The position numbers were made by a program, and so were the translations under genes. A DNA stretch of 64,000 bases from a bacterium (GTDB lineage Bacteria; SAR324; NAC60-12): contig OZ242383.1 in assembly GCA_965209155.1 (NCBI GenBank), forward strand, positions 3,904,001 through 3,968,000, read 5' to 3'. This document shows, one piece after another, positions 31,160 to 40,273 of this stretch. Within the stretch, counting starts at the first letter, position 1. The number at the start of each line of letters is the position of its first letter. Under the pieces are notes generated by a model. The model had not been told where the DNA came from. It saw only the letters and a program-made list of their open reading frames with translations, and made no database searches.

Positions 31160-32119
31160 TTAATATTTGAAAGGACTGATCAGTCGGGCCAGGAGGCTTC
31201 GTTTGCGTTTCCCTGCAGCGCCGTAACTTCCCTGTCCGCCCCGTAGCCGGGGGTCGAGCAGATCGCGCATGGCATCCCCGAACATGTTGAAGGAGTAGAC
31301 GGTAATCGTCAGGCAGAGCCCGGGCCAGAGTGCCAGCCAGGGCGCCTGCTCCATGAACCTGCGCCCTTCCCGGCTGAGCATCCCTCCCCAGCTGGGTATC
31401 TGGGCCGGCAGACCGAATCCGAGGAAGCTCAGGGAGGCCTCGGAAATAATCACCCCCCCGATGTTGATGCTGAAGATGATGATGACAGGCGCCATAATAT
31501 TGGGCAGGACATGGCGTAACAGGATTAGGCTCGTGGGGGTGCCCACAGCCCTGGCTGCCAGAAAATAGTCATTCTCTTTAACACCGATAACGGCGCTTCT
31601 GACTATTCTTGAAGCGGCGATGCCTCCGGCGATCCCCAGGACCACGATGATCTGCGGCAAACCACGCCCCACAATGGACATGATGGTTAACAAGATGAGC
31701 AGTCCCGGGAAGGCCATCCAGGCATCGACAAGTCTTTGCATAACCAGGTCAAATTTGCCACCAATGAATCCTGAAATACCGCCTATCAGGACAGCAACGA
31801 CAACATTGAGTGCAGTCGCGGCCAGGCCGACCAGCATGGAAATGCGAGCCCCGACGATCAGGCGGCTCAAGAAGTCTCTACCCAACTGGTCGGTTCCCAG
31901 CAGATACCGGGCTGATGCGCCCTGCATCCTGTCTGCCGGGTGCGCTTCCCAATATGGATAAGGAGCCAGAACATTAGCAAAGATAGCCAACACAATAAAA
32001 AGCAAGACGATCATTCCGCAGGCCGTCCCCAAGGGCTTCTCCCTGAGAAGCCTGATGAAAAAATCAGCCGACCGACCCCGTCGCTTGGGCTCATGGATGG
32101 GGGAGGGGTTCTCACTCAT
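31160..32119 (-). CDS. peptide/nickel ABC transporter permease (DppC/OppC-like), cassette 1
   Basis: Motifs LLGTDQLGRD, RHVLPN, LSFLGFG..PSWG and GDAMRDLLDPR. Confidence 0.93.
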   Translation of the reverse strand: MSENPSPIHEPKRRGRSADFFIRLLREKPLGTACGMIVLLFIVLAIFANVLAPYPYWEAHPADRMQGASARYLLGTDQLGRDFLSRLIVGARISMLVGLAATALNVVVAVLIGGISGFIGGKFDLVMQRLVDAWMAFPGLLILLTIMSIVGRGLPQIIVVLGIAGGIAASRIVRSAVIGVKENDYFLAARAVGTPTSLILLRHVLPNIMAPVIIIFSINIGGVIISEASLSFLGFGLPAQIPSWGGMLSREGRRFMEQAPWLALWPGLCLTITVYSFNMFGDAMRDLLDPRLRGGQGSYGAAGKRKRSLLARLISPFKY

Positions 32120-33125
32120 ACCGGACCCTGGGGTCTAAATAAGGATAAATCAGGTCGATCATTAGATTGACCCCAACAACCATGACGGCGAAAACCAGGT
32201 TTACTCCTGAGACCATCGGGTAGTCTCTCTGATTGAGTGCCTCCACCATGAGACGACCTAAGCCCGGCAGGTTAAAGATGTTCTCCATGATAACGGAGCC
32301 ACCTACCAGCAGAGGCAGCTGCATGCCTATCAGGGTAACTATCGGGATGAGGGCATTTTTGATGGCGTGCCGGATCACCACGATCCGCTCCTTAAGGCCC
32401 TTGGACCAGGCCGTCCTGATGTAGTCCTGCCTGAGCACCTCCAGCATCATGGTGCGGGTCATCCGCATTGTGCTGGCTGAAAGGGCCGTCCCCAGAATCA
32501 CGCTGGGAATGAGAAACATCTCCAGATTCCCCAGCGGGTCTTCCGTGAAGTGTATCATTTCCATCGGTGGCGACCAGCCCCACCAGATTGCCGGGTATAT
32601 CATGACCATAATTCCCAGCCAGAAGTTAGGCGTTGCCATGCCGATGACGGCCGCGGTGCGCCCCAGGTAGTCGGTGACCGTATCCTGGCGCATCGCCGAG
32701 TAGATGCCGACCGGCAGCGCTATGACGAGCCCGATTACGATTGCCATGACACCCAGCTCAATGGTTACCGGCAGTCTACCTATTATCTGCTCCTCTACCG
32801 GAAAAGCGCCACCAAACAGTGTATTGCCAAGGGTGCCTTGGAGGAGACCTTTGAAGTGAGACTCACCGGTAACCCAGTCAGGGGTCGACAACACTCCTAG
32901 CCAGCGTCCGTACTGTACGTGCACAGGCACGTCTAATCCCATCATACGCTCAAGAGCTTCACGGTCAATCTCCACCAGAACATCACCACCATAGTATTCC
33001 ATCTCAGCCACCATTGCACTTATTATATCGCCCGGGATGAAGCGGACGGAGAGAAAGACCAGGATGGTCAATATAAACACGGTGGGGATTATCAGCAATA
33101 ACCGCCTGATGATATAGGCTCTCAT
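32112..33125 (-). CDS. peptide/nickel ABC transporter permease (DppB/OppB-like), cassette 1
   Basis: Motifs YIIRRLL, RLPVTIELG, MLEVLRQDYIRTAWSKGL and LDPRVRY; start MRAY. Confidence 0.93.
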   Translation of the reverse strand: MRAYIIRRLLLIIPTVFILTILVFLSVRFIPGDIISAMVAEMEYYGGDVLVEIDREALERMMGLDVPVHVQYGRWLGVLSTPDWVTGESHFKGLLQGTLGNTLFGGAFPVEEQIIGRLPVTIELGVMAIVIGLVIALPVGIYSAMRQDTVTDYLGRTAAVIGMATPNFWLGIMVMIYPAIWWGWSPPMEMIHFTEDPLGNLEMFLIPSVILGTALSASTMRMTRTMMLEVLRQDYIRTAWSKGLKERIVVIRHAIKNALIPIVTLIGMQLPLLVGGSVIMENIFNLPGLGRLMVEALNQRDYPMVSGVNLVFAVMVVGVNLMIDLIYPYLDPRVRYE

Positions 33126-33149
33126 GTGATACACCTCATTTCGATTTCC

Positions 33150-33445
33150 CCCGTCATTGCGGTGAAAACCGCAATCCACTTAGACCACCCCTTTGCCCGG
33201 CTCGCGCGGCACTCTCTAAGGTGCGAATGACCCCTGCCAGGAAACTGGCCTCTCACCGTTTTGGGGAGTCCAGAGGGGTGAAACCCCTCTGAAACGGGGA
33301 GAATCAAGGGTGTGTTCCCCTTGATTCTCCCCGTCATTCCGCCGAAAGGCGGAATCCACTTAGACAATCCCGTTGCCCTAACAGATTGCTTCGTCGCTGC
33401 CGCTCCTCGCAATGACAGTATGAAAGCGCGCCTCGCAATGACATC
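33150..33445. repeat. stack of REP-like palindromes between the SBP and permease genes
   Basis: CCGTCATTGCGGTGAAAACCGCAATCCACTTAGAC, CCGTCATTCCGCCGAAAGGCGGAATCCACTTAGAC, CAGAGGGGTGAAACCCCTCTG, GGGAGAATCAAGGG...CCCTTGATTCTCCC and GATTGCTTCGTCGC...CTCGCAATGACA. Confidence 0.75.
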
Positions 33446-33537
33446 GTGTGTGGGAGCTGGGAAGCCTGAGCCCCTGCGCCAAGGCCCCCGATTCCATTTT
33501 TCCCTGAGCTAAGCCACAAGGGGTGAAAACCCACTCA

Positions 33538-35412
33538 CTAATAACCCATTGATTCCTTTAGCTCACTATCAATCCAGAGGCGGGAGAAAGTAACATGTGT
33601 TTGCCTGCTTCCCATGCTGGCTTCGCCGTTAAGACCTATCACCCACGGCTGGTGCACGAAAAAACTCGGACCCGCAGGCCCCCAGAGTTGCCAGTGCTGT
33701 TCTATCACCCGCATGTCCATATCTTTAATCAGCCCCTTCAGCTCCTCCGTGGTGGTAGCCTCTTGGCCGGCTTCATACCAGGCGTCATATTGCGCATCGC
33801 GGACAACGTTCCTAGCATAGCCACTCCAAAATTTACCCGATACACTAAGTGGAGGACCCTTTTTGCCCCCTACTGTCGAACTCATACCATAATCTCCACT
33901 CATCTCTCTACCGTCATATCCCGCAGGCTCCTCTACCACAATATCCAATTCAACGCCAATCTCACGCCAGTATGAGGCCTGTAATTCTGTAAAGCTCAAA
34001 TCATAGTTCACGAAGTGATTGAACAAGGTCTTGAATCTAATGCCATCCGGGCCGCGCGGATACCCAGCCTCATCAAGGAGCTTCTCGGCCCCTGCCACGT
34101 CATAGGTATAGTATCCCTTGAGCACTTCGGACCACTCTTCAAATGGGACGGTATACCCCGCAGCGGCTAATTCCCTGCCTACATACCCCTGAGGTATCCA
34201 ATCTGCATAACCCTTATAGTAGGTATCGTTCATTGTCTTGAGGTCCAGTGCCATCTGCATTGCGTGGCGCACCCGGATGTCGTCAAAGGGCGGCTTGCTC
34301 ACGTTAAGCAAAACACTAGTATTCGACCGTTCTGCCCACGGGATGATCACGAGTTCGGGGTTGGTCCGCCTGAGGCTCTCTGCTTCGTCTAGAGAGGTTA
34401 GGTAAGTGGAGCCCTGGGCACCAATGAAATCGATCTTAGCCGTGCGCAGTCCCGCCATTATTGTTGCCGTTTCCGTGATAACAAGGGCCTTTAACTCGTC
34501 AATATAGGGCAAGCGGTTCTCCGGGTATTTTTCGTCGTAGCCCCAGTAGTTGGGATTCTTGGTCCAGGTTATAGAGGTGCCCGGAACGGAGTCAGTCAGC
34601 TCAAAAGGCCCGGTGCCGACCACATTCCTCCAATCCTTCATGTCCCCGTATTCCTCGATCACCTCGGGGGGCTGTATAACCATACCAGCATAGTCCAAGA
34701 TATAGTTCAGGGCCGCGAGTCTTAGCTCCTTCAGCTTCATAACAACCGTATATTTGTCGGTGGCCGTTACCGATTCCCAAGGTAAAGCTACGAGGACAGT
34801 TGCAGCTGGGGAAGGTTCGGCTTCACTGAACTGGGTCCCTGTCAATTTATTTCCCAACATGCGGTGAAAGGTATGTTTTACATCCTGGGCAGTTAGCTCC
34901 CGACCGTTCATCGGCGCCTTATCATGCCAGTGAACGCCCTGGCGGATTTGGAAGACATACGTTAGTGGGTCGGGCTGTTCCCAGCTTTCAGCCAGCGCCC
35001 CCTTTAGGGCAGATACAGGCGCCATACCGCGGTCGATAAAAGGCCACATGTCCCTATCTATTGCCCAGTCCGCGATGCTTAATTTTTCTAGAACGCCACT
35101 GGTGAAATACCATAACGCATTTACGTGAAACCAGGCGTCAGCACCAACATTGCTGACGTCGTATTTCAGGGTGTTGGTTAATGTCCCGCCCCACTCTGGC
35201 GCAGAGTACACCTTGCCCGTCACGGGGTCTGTTACATACTTCTTCTCAGCCGCCGCCGGGCAAGTCCAAAGAACGATCAGACCCAGGATGAGGGTAAGCA
35301 GGATTGCACTGAAGGTTGATTTGCTTTTTTGTAGATTCATTTGATTCCTTTCTGCTTTTTGATTAAAAAGCCAAGATGAAAGGTTGTTTAGAATAGCGAT
35401 TTTCGATTTCAT
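33538..35412 (-). CDS. ABC substrate-binding protein family 5 (DppA/OppA-like), cassette 1
   Basis: Motifs LAESWEQPD, GVHWHDKAPMNGRE, GTGPF, KNPNYW, PFDDIRVR and AEKLLDEAGY. Start MKSK (35412) has a GGAG RBS; the ORF-track start lies inside the IS. Confidence 0.92.
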   Translation of the reverse strand: MKSKIAILNNLSSWLFNQKAERNQMNLQKSKSTFSAILLTLILGLIVLWTCPAAAEKKYVTDPVTGKVYSAPEWGGTLTNTLKYDVSNVGADAWFHVNALWYFTSGVLEKLSIADWAIDRDMWPFIDRGMAPVSALKGALAESWEQPDPLTYVFQIRQGVHWHDKAPMNGRELTAQDVKHTFHRMLGNKLTGTQFSEAEPSPAATVLVALPWESVTATDKYTVVMKLKELRLAALNYILDYAGMVIQPPEVIEEYGDMKDWRNVVGTGPFELTDSVPGTSITWTKNPNYWGYDEKYPENRLPYIDELKALVITETATIMAGLRTAKIDFIGAQGSTYLTSLDEAESLRRTNPELVIIPWAERSNTSVLLNVSKPPFDDIRVRHAMQMALDLKTMNDTYYKGYADWIPQGYVGRELAAAGYTVPFEEWSEVLKGYYTYDVAGAEKLLDEAGYPRGPDGIRFKTLFNHFVNYDLSFTELQASYWREIGVELDIVVEEPAGYDGREMSGDYGMSSTVGGKKGPPLSVSGKFWSGYARNVVRDAQYDAWYEAGQEATTTEELKGLIKDMDMRVIEQHWQLWGPAGPSFFVHQPWVIGLNGEASMGSRQTHVTFSRLWIDSELKESMGY

Positions 35413-35796
35413 AAAATTCTCCTTAAAAAAATAAATGACGTAACTATTGTTAACGCCACTGTAAAACTTAACCAAGTGTGGCGACTTGAATGATAGCCAA
35501 TAGTTAGCGGATGTTTTTTTACTACTTTTTACTTTGCCTCGTTTTTTCTTCTATTGATTTACTTTCCAATCAATAAATTTTGTTTTCCTCTCCATTTTCT
35601 TTCTCATGCTTGTTCTTCCTTCCTCTGAGAGCTGAATCCAACATGGAGCGAGCCATGGTGTAAGAAGTTGTTTTACCTGTTCATTTTTCTTCTTCATTTG
35701 AGTGGGAGGCAGTGATTTCTTTGATACTTTGAGTCAAATTCCTGTAAGACAAGTTTTTCTTGAAGGAAGCCCCTCAAAGTATCAACGGGAGATCCT

Positions 35797-36327
35797 ATGC
35801 AAAAAGGTAGATGCATCAACTGCCACCAGTTTTTCCTCCGCCGCCCTCAAAACAAGGAGCAAAGTTACTGCAGCCTGAAGAGGTGTCAGCGTGCGCGCAA
35901 GACGAATTGGGAGCGTAAAAAGTTAGCCAGCGATCCAGACTATCAACAGAACCGAAAAGCTAGTCAGAAGGCTTGGCAAGAAAGCCACCGCGATTATTGG
36001 AAAGTCTATCGAGAAAAACATCCAGTTCAGGCTGAGCGCAATCGAAAACTTCAGTTGATCCGCAATGCCAAACAGCGGGGGTATATTGTGGAAAAACTCT
36101 CGATGAATACCAATCCTTCCATCTCTCCGCTCAGATCAAAGCCCTTCTCGCTCTCATCAGTGCCGATTGCAAAGACGGACGCGTCCATCCCTTATCAATT
36201 CTGCCTTATCGCCTCCTCCGATGAGGATTTGATTGCAAAGATGGACGCGTCAAATTCCTCCCCTGCCCAGATTTTTAAGGCTTTTGTTGAGCTTCCTTTG
36301 ATTGCAAAGATGGACCCGTTAACCTAA
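35797..36327 (+). CDS. IS-associated hypothetical protein with a Cys4 (Zn-binding-like) N-terminus and a basic helical region
   Basis: CINC...YCSLKRC, then RARKTNWERKK...DPDY; GGAG RBS; C-terminus built from IAK(M/T)DA repeats. Confidence 0.7.
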   Translation: MQKGRCINCHQFFLRRPQNKEQSYCSLKRCQRARKTNWERKKLASDPDYQQNRKASQKAWQESHRDYWKVYREKHPVQAERNRKLQLIRNAKQRGYIVEKLSMNTNPSISPLRSKPFSLSSVPIAKTDASIPYQFCLIASSDEDLIAKMDASNSSPAQIFKAFVELPLIAKMDPLT

Positions 36328-36451
36328 AAGAACCTTGAGATATCAACAACTTATCCGTGATTGCAAAGAAGGACTTTATTGCCACCACCCTTCAGCTGAG
36401 TTAAAAAAGATGAAAACCTTGTTAACCATCCATCCAAAAGAAGGAGCTGTG

Positions 36452-36841
36452 ATGAGAAAGCAGTTGATTATGAAAAGCAGACGACGGGTGATCGAGGGAA
36501 GTTTTAGCTTCATTCCTCACCGATTTTTGAGGGAGGGCTTTTTTGAATGCCTGCGATCTGAGGAATTGATCTTATATTTTTTTTATGTGATGGCCGCGGA
36601 TGCTCAAGGACTTTCCTACTACAGTCCCAAGACCATCACTCAACTGCTGAAAATGAAGAGGGATGTCTATCAACAGGCTTTGAGTGGTTTATTGCAAATG
36701 GATCTGATCGCCACAGAAGAGACCTTAGTGCAGGTCCTTCACTTGTCCCTGTCTCCACTAAGAAGATCCCCCTCACCCCGCATTCGCTGGCCGAATAGGA
36801 TGCCCTCGTCCTGCAGAGAAAGAAGGGGGAGAGATGAGTGA
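36452..36841 (+). CDS. IS-associated helix-turn-helix-like protein (C-terminus probably altered by the istA deletion)
   Basis: RVIEGSFSFIPHRFL..GF...ELILYFF...AD.QGLSYYS...I..LL; AGGAG RBS before GTGATG at 36449-36454. Confidence 0.6.
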   Translation: MRKQLIMKSRRRVIEGSFSFIPHRFLREGFFECLRSEELILYFFYVMAADAQGLSYYSPKTITQLLKMKRDVYQQALSGLLQMDLIATEETLVQVLHLSLSPLRRSPSPRIRWPNRMPSSCRERRGRDE

Positions 36842-37742
36842 AAAAATAAAAAAACAATGTCAGAGCCTCCATCTCAGTGGCCTTTGCCAGCATTTTGAAG
36901 CGATTTTTAAAACTGCCTCGCAAAAAAACTGGACTCATCATCAATTGCTCGAGAGCTTGTTTGATCTCGAACTGGACCATCGTCTCCATAAGCGCATTCA
37001 ATTGCGCTTGAAGCAAGCCAAATTGCCCGCCACTCTCACCATCGAGAGCTTTGATTTTGCCCACCACCCCTCTCGAAAAAAGAACAAAGGCAGAATTTTA
37101 CAATTGATGCAATTGGACTTTATCAAAAATAGCGAGGATGTTATCCTGATTGGCAATCCAGGAGTGGGAAAGACCCACTTGGCTCTATGCCTGGCATACG
37201 AGGCCACTCAGAACGCCATGCGCACTTTATTTACCACAGCAACCGACATGATTAACCATTTGATTGCTGCCGAATCGGACCATTCCCTGGTCAAAAAACT
37301 CAGCCATTACACCGAACCGGACCTCCTCCTCTGCGATGAGATCGGTTATCTGCCACTGGATCAACAAGGAAGCAGCCTCTTTTTCCAGGTCATTAGTCGC
37401 AGGCATCAGAGAAAATCAACCTTTCTCACCACAAACCTGCCTTTTGCCCAATGGGGGAATCTCTTTGATTCGACCACTGTGGCCACTGCCATTGCAGATC
37501 GACTGGTAATGAATTCGGAGGTTATCATTTTAGAAGGAGAAAGCTATCGTAGAAATAAAAGAAAAAAGGCATATAGCCCCTTCCATCCGCTGTTTAAAAG
37601 GTATGAGGCCACATCACATCCCTACTTCTTGTCGCTCAATACCCAACCTATAGCTCTGCCCACTTACCTACGTGGTAAACTTCCAAATTGCCGTTTTTGG
37701 TATACTTTACCAATGCCATCAACAAACTATTCAGGTCTCTGA
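36834..37742 (+). CDS. istB: IstB-like ATP-binding helper protein
   Basis: Motifs ESFDF, Walker A GNPGVGKT, LLLCDEIGY, TTNLPF.QW, TAIADRL and GESYR; frame reads through the IS right end. Confidence 0.93.
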   Translation: MSEKIKKQCQSLHLSGLCQHFEAIFKTASQKNWTHHQLLESLFDLELDHRLHKRIQLRLKQAKLPATLTIESFDFAHHPSRKKNKGRILQLMQLDFIKNSEDVILIGNPGVGKTHLALCLAYEATQNAMRTLFTTATDMINHLIAAESDHSLVKKLSHYTEPDLLLCDEIGYLPLDQQGSSLFFQVISRRHQRKSTFLTTNLPFAQWGNLFDSTTVATAIADRLVMNSEVIILEGESYRRNKRKKAYSPFHPLFKRYEATSHPYFLSLNTQPIALPTYLRGKLPNCRFWYTLPMPSTNYSGL

Positions 37743-37852
37743 AAAACCCGTTCAGTTAAATATAGTAACTATTCAGGTCTCTGAAAAACCCGTTTAGCTA
37801 AATATCATGTAACTATTCAGGTCTCTGAAAAACCCGTTCAGTTAAATATCAT
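37725..37852. repeat. tandem triplication of a 42-44-bp unit
   Basis: (GT)AACTATTCAGGTCTCTGAAAAACCCGTT(C/T)AG(T/C)TAAATAT at 37725, 37765 and 37809; single copy in the paralog at 54896. Confidence 0.9.
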
Positions 37853-38062
37853 TAAAAAGATTCCCGGAGAGGAGCGATCGTTTTCAAGTCCTCGCACGAT
37901 ATGGTTCCATCAATCGGGAACCCTCTCTTTCACTAAAACAACTTAGTGAAGGTATGATTTTGGCAATATATATATATTTAGCTAAATGTCAACCCCCCCC
38001 AAAAAAAAATGCAGGATTCGTAAAAAAAAATTAAAAATCTATCAATCAAGGAGATCCGCTTC
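37809..38062 (-). repeat. displaced promoter/leader of cassette 1, near-identical to 54896-55142
   Basis: Direct sequence match by eye; includes minus-strand TTGACA (37987-37992)-16 nt-TATATT. Confidence 0.85.
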
Positions 38063-38163
38063 TTTTAACTTGATTTAAATCATCGGATTTAATAGAGATT
38101 TTAGTGCTAGTATTTGTTTAAAAGCGACCTTTTTAATTTTCCTAAATAAACCTTGAGGTTAAT

Positions 38164-38499
38164 ATGAGTAGAGAGTATCCATCTTCAGAAAAGACTGTCC
38201 TGGTGGATTATGGAACCGACGAATCAGCCATGGTTCGTTTCCGAGAGGAGGGCACCTGACGTGCTTTAGCACTCGACAACCGAGGTACGATCCGTTTTAA
38301 TGAAGAAGGGGATCAAGCAAGCCTGCAATAAACAGTGATCAATATAAAAGGAATAATCATGGCAGAAGAAATTGTGGATTTCCTAATCATTGGTTCAGGG
38401 CCGTCTGGAGCCGCTGCTACTTGGAGCTTGGCGGATACAGGCGCGCGCATCATGCGCATGGAACAGGGTGATTTTATGAAACAGGCGGACAGTTTCTAA
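38164..38499 (+). pseudogene. inverted partial duplicate of the PhyH-fragment/GMC 5' region
   Basis: 38195-38490 matches the reverse complement of 28430-28728; encodes MSREYP...VDYGTDESAMVRFREEGT* and MAEEIVDFLIIGSGPSG...KQAD (38359-38499). Confidence 0.9.
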
Positions 38500-38592
38500 A
38501 AATGATGAAATCGGGCGCTAGACCAGGGAACATGTTTGGCATGGGAGCAGAATATTTTCATTGCGAATAATTGGCAACTGTCCCTGTATTTT
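38487..38592. repeat. MITE-like repeat, copy 1 (left end clipped)
   Basis: Matches 40283-40388 (GGACAGTTTCT...AACTGTCCCTGTATTTT). Confidence 0.85.
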
Positions 38593-38847
38593 TTAAGAGA
38601 GAGGGGGGTTTGGGGATGGCCTGTCAAGCAGTTTGAACAACAAGAATTTAGGACTGCGCATCTTCCAATTCTCAATGAACACCAAAAAGATAGGGTATGG
38701 AAAAAAACTATAAAAGAGGAACTGGATCAAACAAACATTTTCTTGAAAATTTTGAAGCAACAGTATATCGAGGCGAACAAAGAAATCAACGAGAGCCTTA
38801 ACCCTGCGTTTTAACTTCGGGACGAGAGTTTAATGAGTTGTTTTATT

Positions 38848-39108
38848 TTAAACTTGGCCTCTATAGAGATCCATCGTTGGAAAACATAGTTCGTAATCAT
38901 TCCAATCAAGATTTCCCTCAATAATAGAAAAATTCTTAAATTCCTCTACATTCAAGTATTTTCGTATATCCGGATGTTTTGATTTTTTAAGAAAAGGCTC
39001 AAAATCGACGATTTGTTCTTTTCCATTACTAAATATTATTTTGAGTTTGTATTTTTCAAGATAGTCGACTTCAAGAATATCAATGATTTGATCCATTATC
39101 TCTGTCAT
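38848..39108 (-). CDS. DUF2442-like protein (putative antitoxin partner of DUF4160)
   Basis: YKLKIIFSNG....VDF..FL...F..F.I..GNLDWND; overlaps the upstream gene by 4 nt. Confidence 0.75.
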   Translation of the reverse strand: MTEIMDQIIDILEVDYLEKYKLKIIFSNGKEQIVDFEPFLKKSKHPDIRKYLNVEEFKNFSIIEGNLDWNDYELCFPTMDLYRGQV

Positions 39109-39410
39109 CTAATCCTCCTCGTAATTCGTTCAGGGGCTATTTTTCGATTGTATACAAAATAATCTACCCATCTTTGGATAATCTCCTCAGCATAATGTTC
39201 GACAAAGGTTCCGAAATCAGAGAATTGAGAAGATTCTAATGGTTTCTTACCAGGAACCGTTGTAATTCGTATTTCGATAACTTCTCCTTCCTCAACTAGA
39301 ATTTCTGCTTTACTTTCTTTTCCTTGATGGCGTCCATGGACGTGAATTGGTCCGTGTTCATTAGAATAAAAGAAGATAGTGATTCCAAAATACTCATACA
39401 GTTTGGGCAT
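39105..39410 (-). CDS. DUF4160-like protein (putative toxin)
   Basis: MPKLYEYFGITIFFYSNEHGPIHVHG motif. Confidence 0.8.
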   Translation of the reverse strand: MPKLYEYFGITIFFYSNEHGPIHVHGRHQGKESKAEILVEEGEVIEIRITTVPGKKPLESSQFSDFGTFVEHYAEEIIQRWVDYFVYNRKIAPERITRRIR

Positions 39411-39482
39411 GTGAACTTCCTATATCCTTTGCGCAGCAGTTTAGGAACAGGCCTTTCTCTGAACTAAGGGAACAAAAGTATC

Positions 39483-40273
39483 CCTAAGTTGAACGATTTA
39501 TAATAAAAAAAGCTCTCCACCCTTTGAAAAAAGTGTGATATTTCAATGGGTAAAACCTAAAATATCCACAGTATCTTACACAACCCAACAGGTAGAGAGC
39601 TTCATGGAGAAAGATACAACCATTCAGGATAAAAAGAAATAGAAAATTGATGCAATTGAACCAAGCGATGAACAATTGACAAGTCTTGCCGGATTGGCCT
39701 TGTTTGCCCAGTATCTGCAAAGCATTCAACTGATGCCGTTCCTGGAGAAGATGTTTGCTTCGATGCGTAAAAACAAAAAAGGGATTGCGGTCACTGATTT
39801 CTTTTTGCAGATGCTTTGTTTTTTCATGGACGGCAGCAGCCGTCGCCTCAGCTGTTCGATCATCTCAAAAGAGACGAGAGTTATGCCGCGTTGCTGGCAT
39901 GCCGTCAGGAAGAGCTTGCCTCCTTGCATGCGGTTAAAAGATTTTTTGCAAAGTTCTCTTTTGTGCAAGTCTACTTCTTTCGTCATCTGCTGCAGAAGCT
40001 GTTCATCTGGAGACTGAGGCAGACTCGTCCCGCGGTGATTGAGTTGGGTTTGGATTCGATGGTACTGGACAATGATGATGCCTTGAAACGCCAGGGATTT
40101 CAGCCGATTTACAAGAAGGTCAGGGGATTTCATCCCCTGCAGATGAATTGGGGTCGTTATCTGGTGGACGCCGTTTTTCGTGGAGGCAGCAAACATTCGA
40201 ATCATGGGAAAACGGCTGAGAAGATGCTGGTTCATGTCGTGAAAAAGATCCGCCGCGATTACCGAGAGGATGG
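39483..40273 (+). mobile_element. IS1380-family left end plus decayed transposase (nonsense at 39640, frameshift ~39850, 3' truncated)
   Basis: End CCTAAGTTGAACGATT; ATG 39604; LTSLAGLALFAQYL...FFMDGS then IELGLDSMVLDND...GFHPLQMNW...FRGGSKHSN. Confidence 0.8.

Larger units (their letters stand above)
35448..37724 (+). mobile_element. IS21-family-derived non-autonomous element (istA deleted) with 6-bp target duplication AACTAT
   Basis: Ends TGTTAACGCCACTGTAAAACTTAACCA and (rc) TGTTGATGGCATTGGTAAAGTATACCA. AACTAT at 35442-35447 and 37725-37730; the empty site GTAACTATTCAGG is seen in the paralogous region at ~54896. Contains istB. Confidence 0.9.

Noticed and set aside
37725..37852. Possible CRISPR array (three ~40-bp repeats)
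   Set aside because: Units are head-to-tail with no unique spacers, there are no cas genes, and the unit is a single-copy part of the paralogous leader at 54896
38266..38292. CIRCE half-site TTAGCACTC
   Set aside because: It is coding sequence (Ala-Leu-Ala-Leu) of the PhyH-like fragment, the other copy reads TTGGCACTC, and there is no right half
38772..38830. attC-like left half (GGCGAACAAAGAAATCAACGAG) and ORF 38536-38814
   Set aside because: No matching L'/R' half found; the ORF starts inside the MITE and has no recognisable domain
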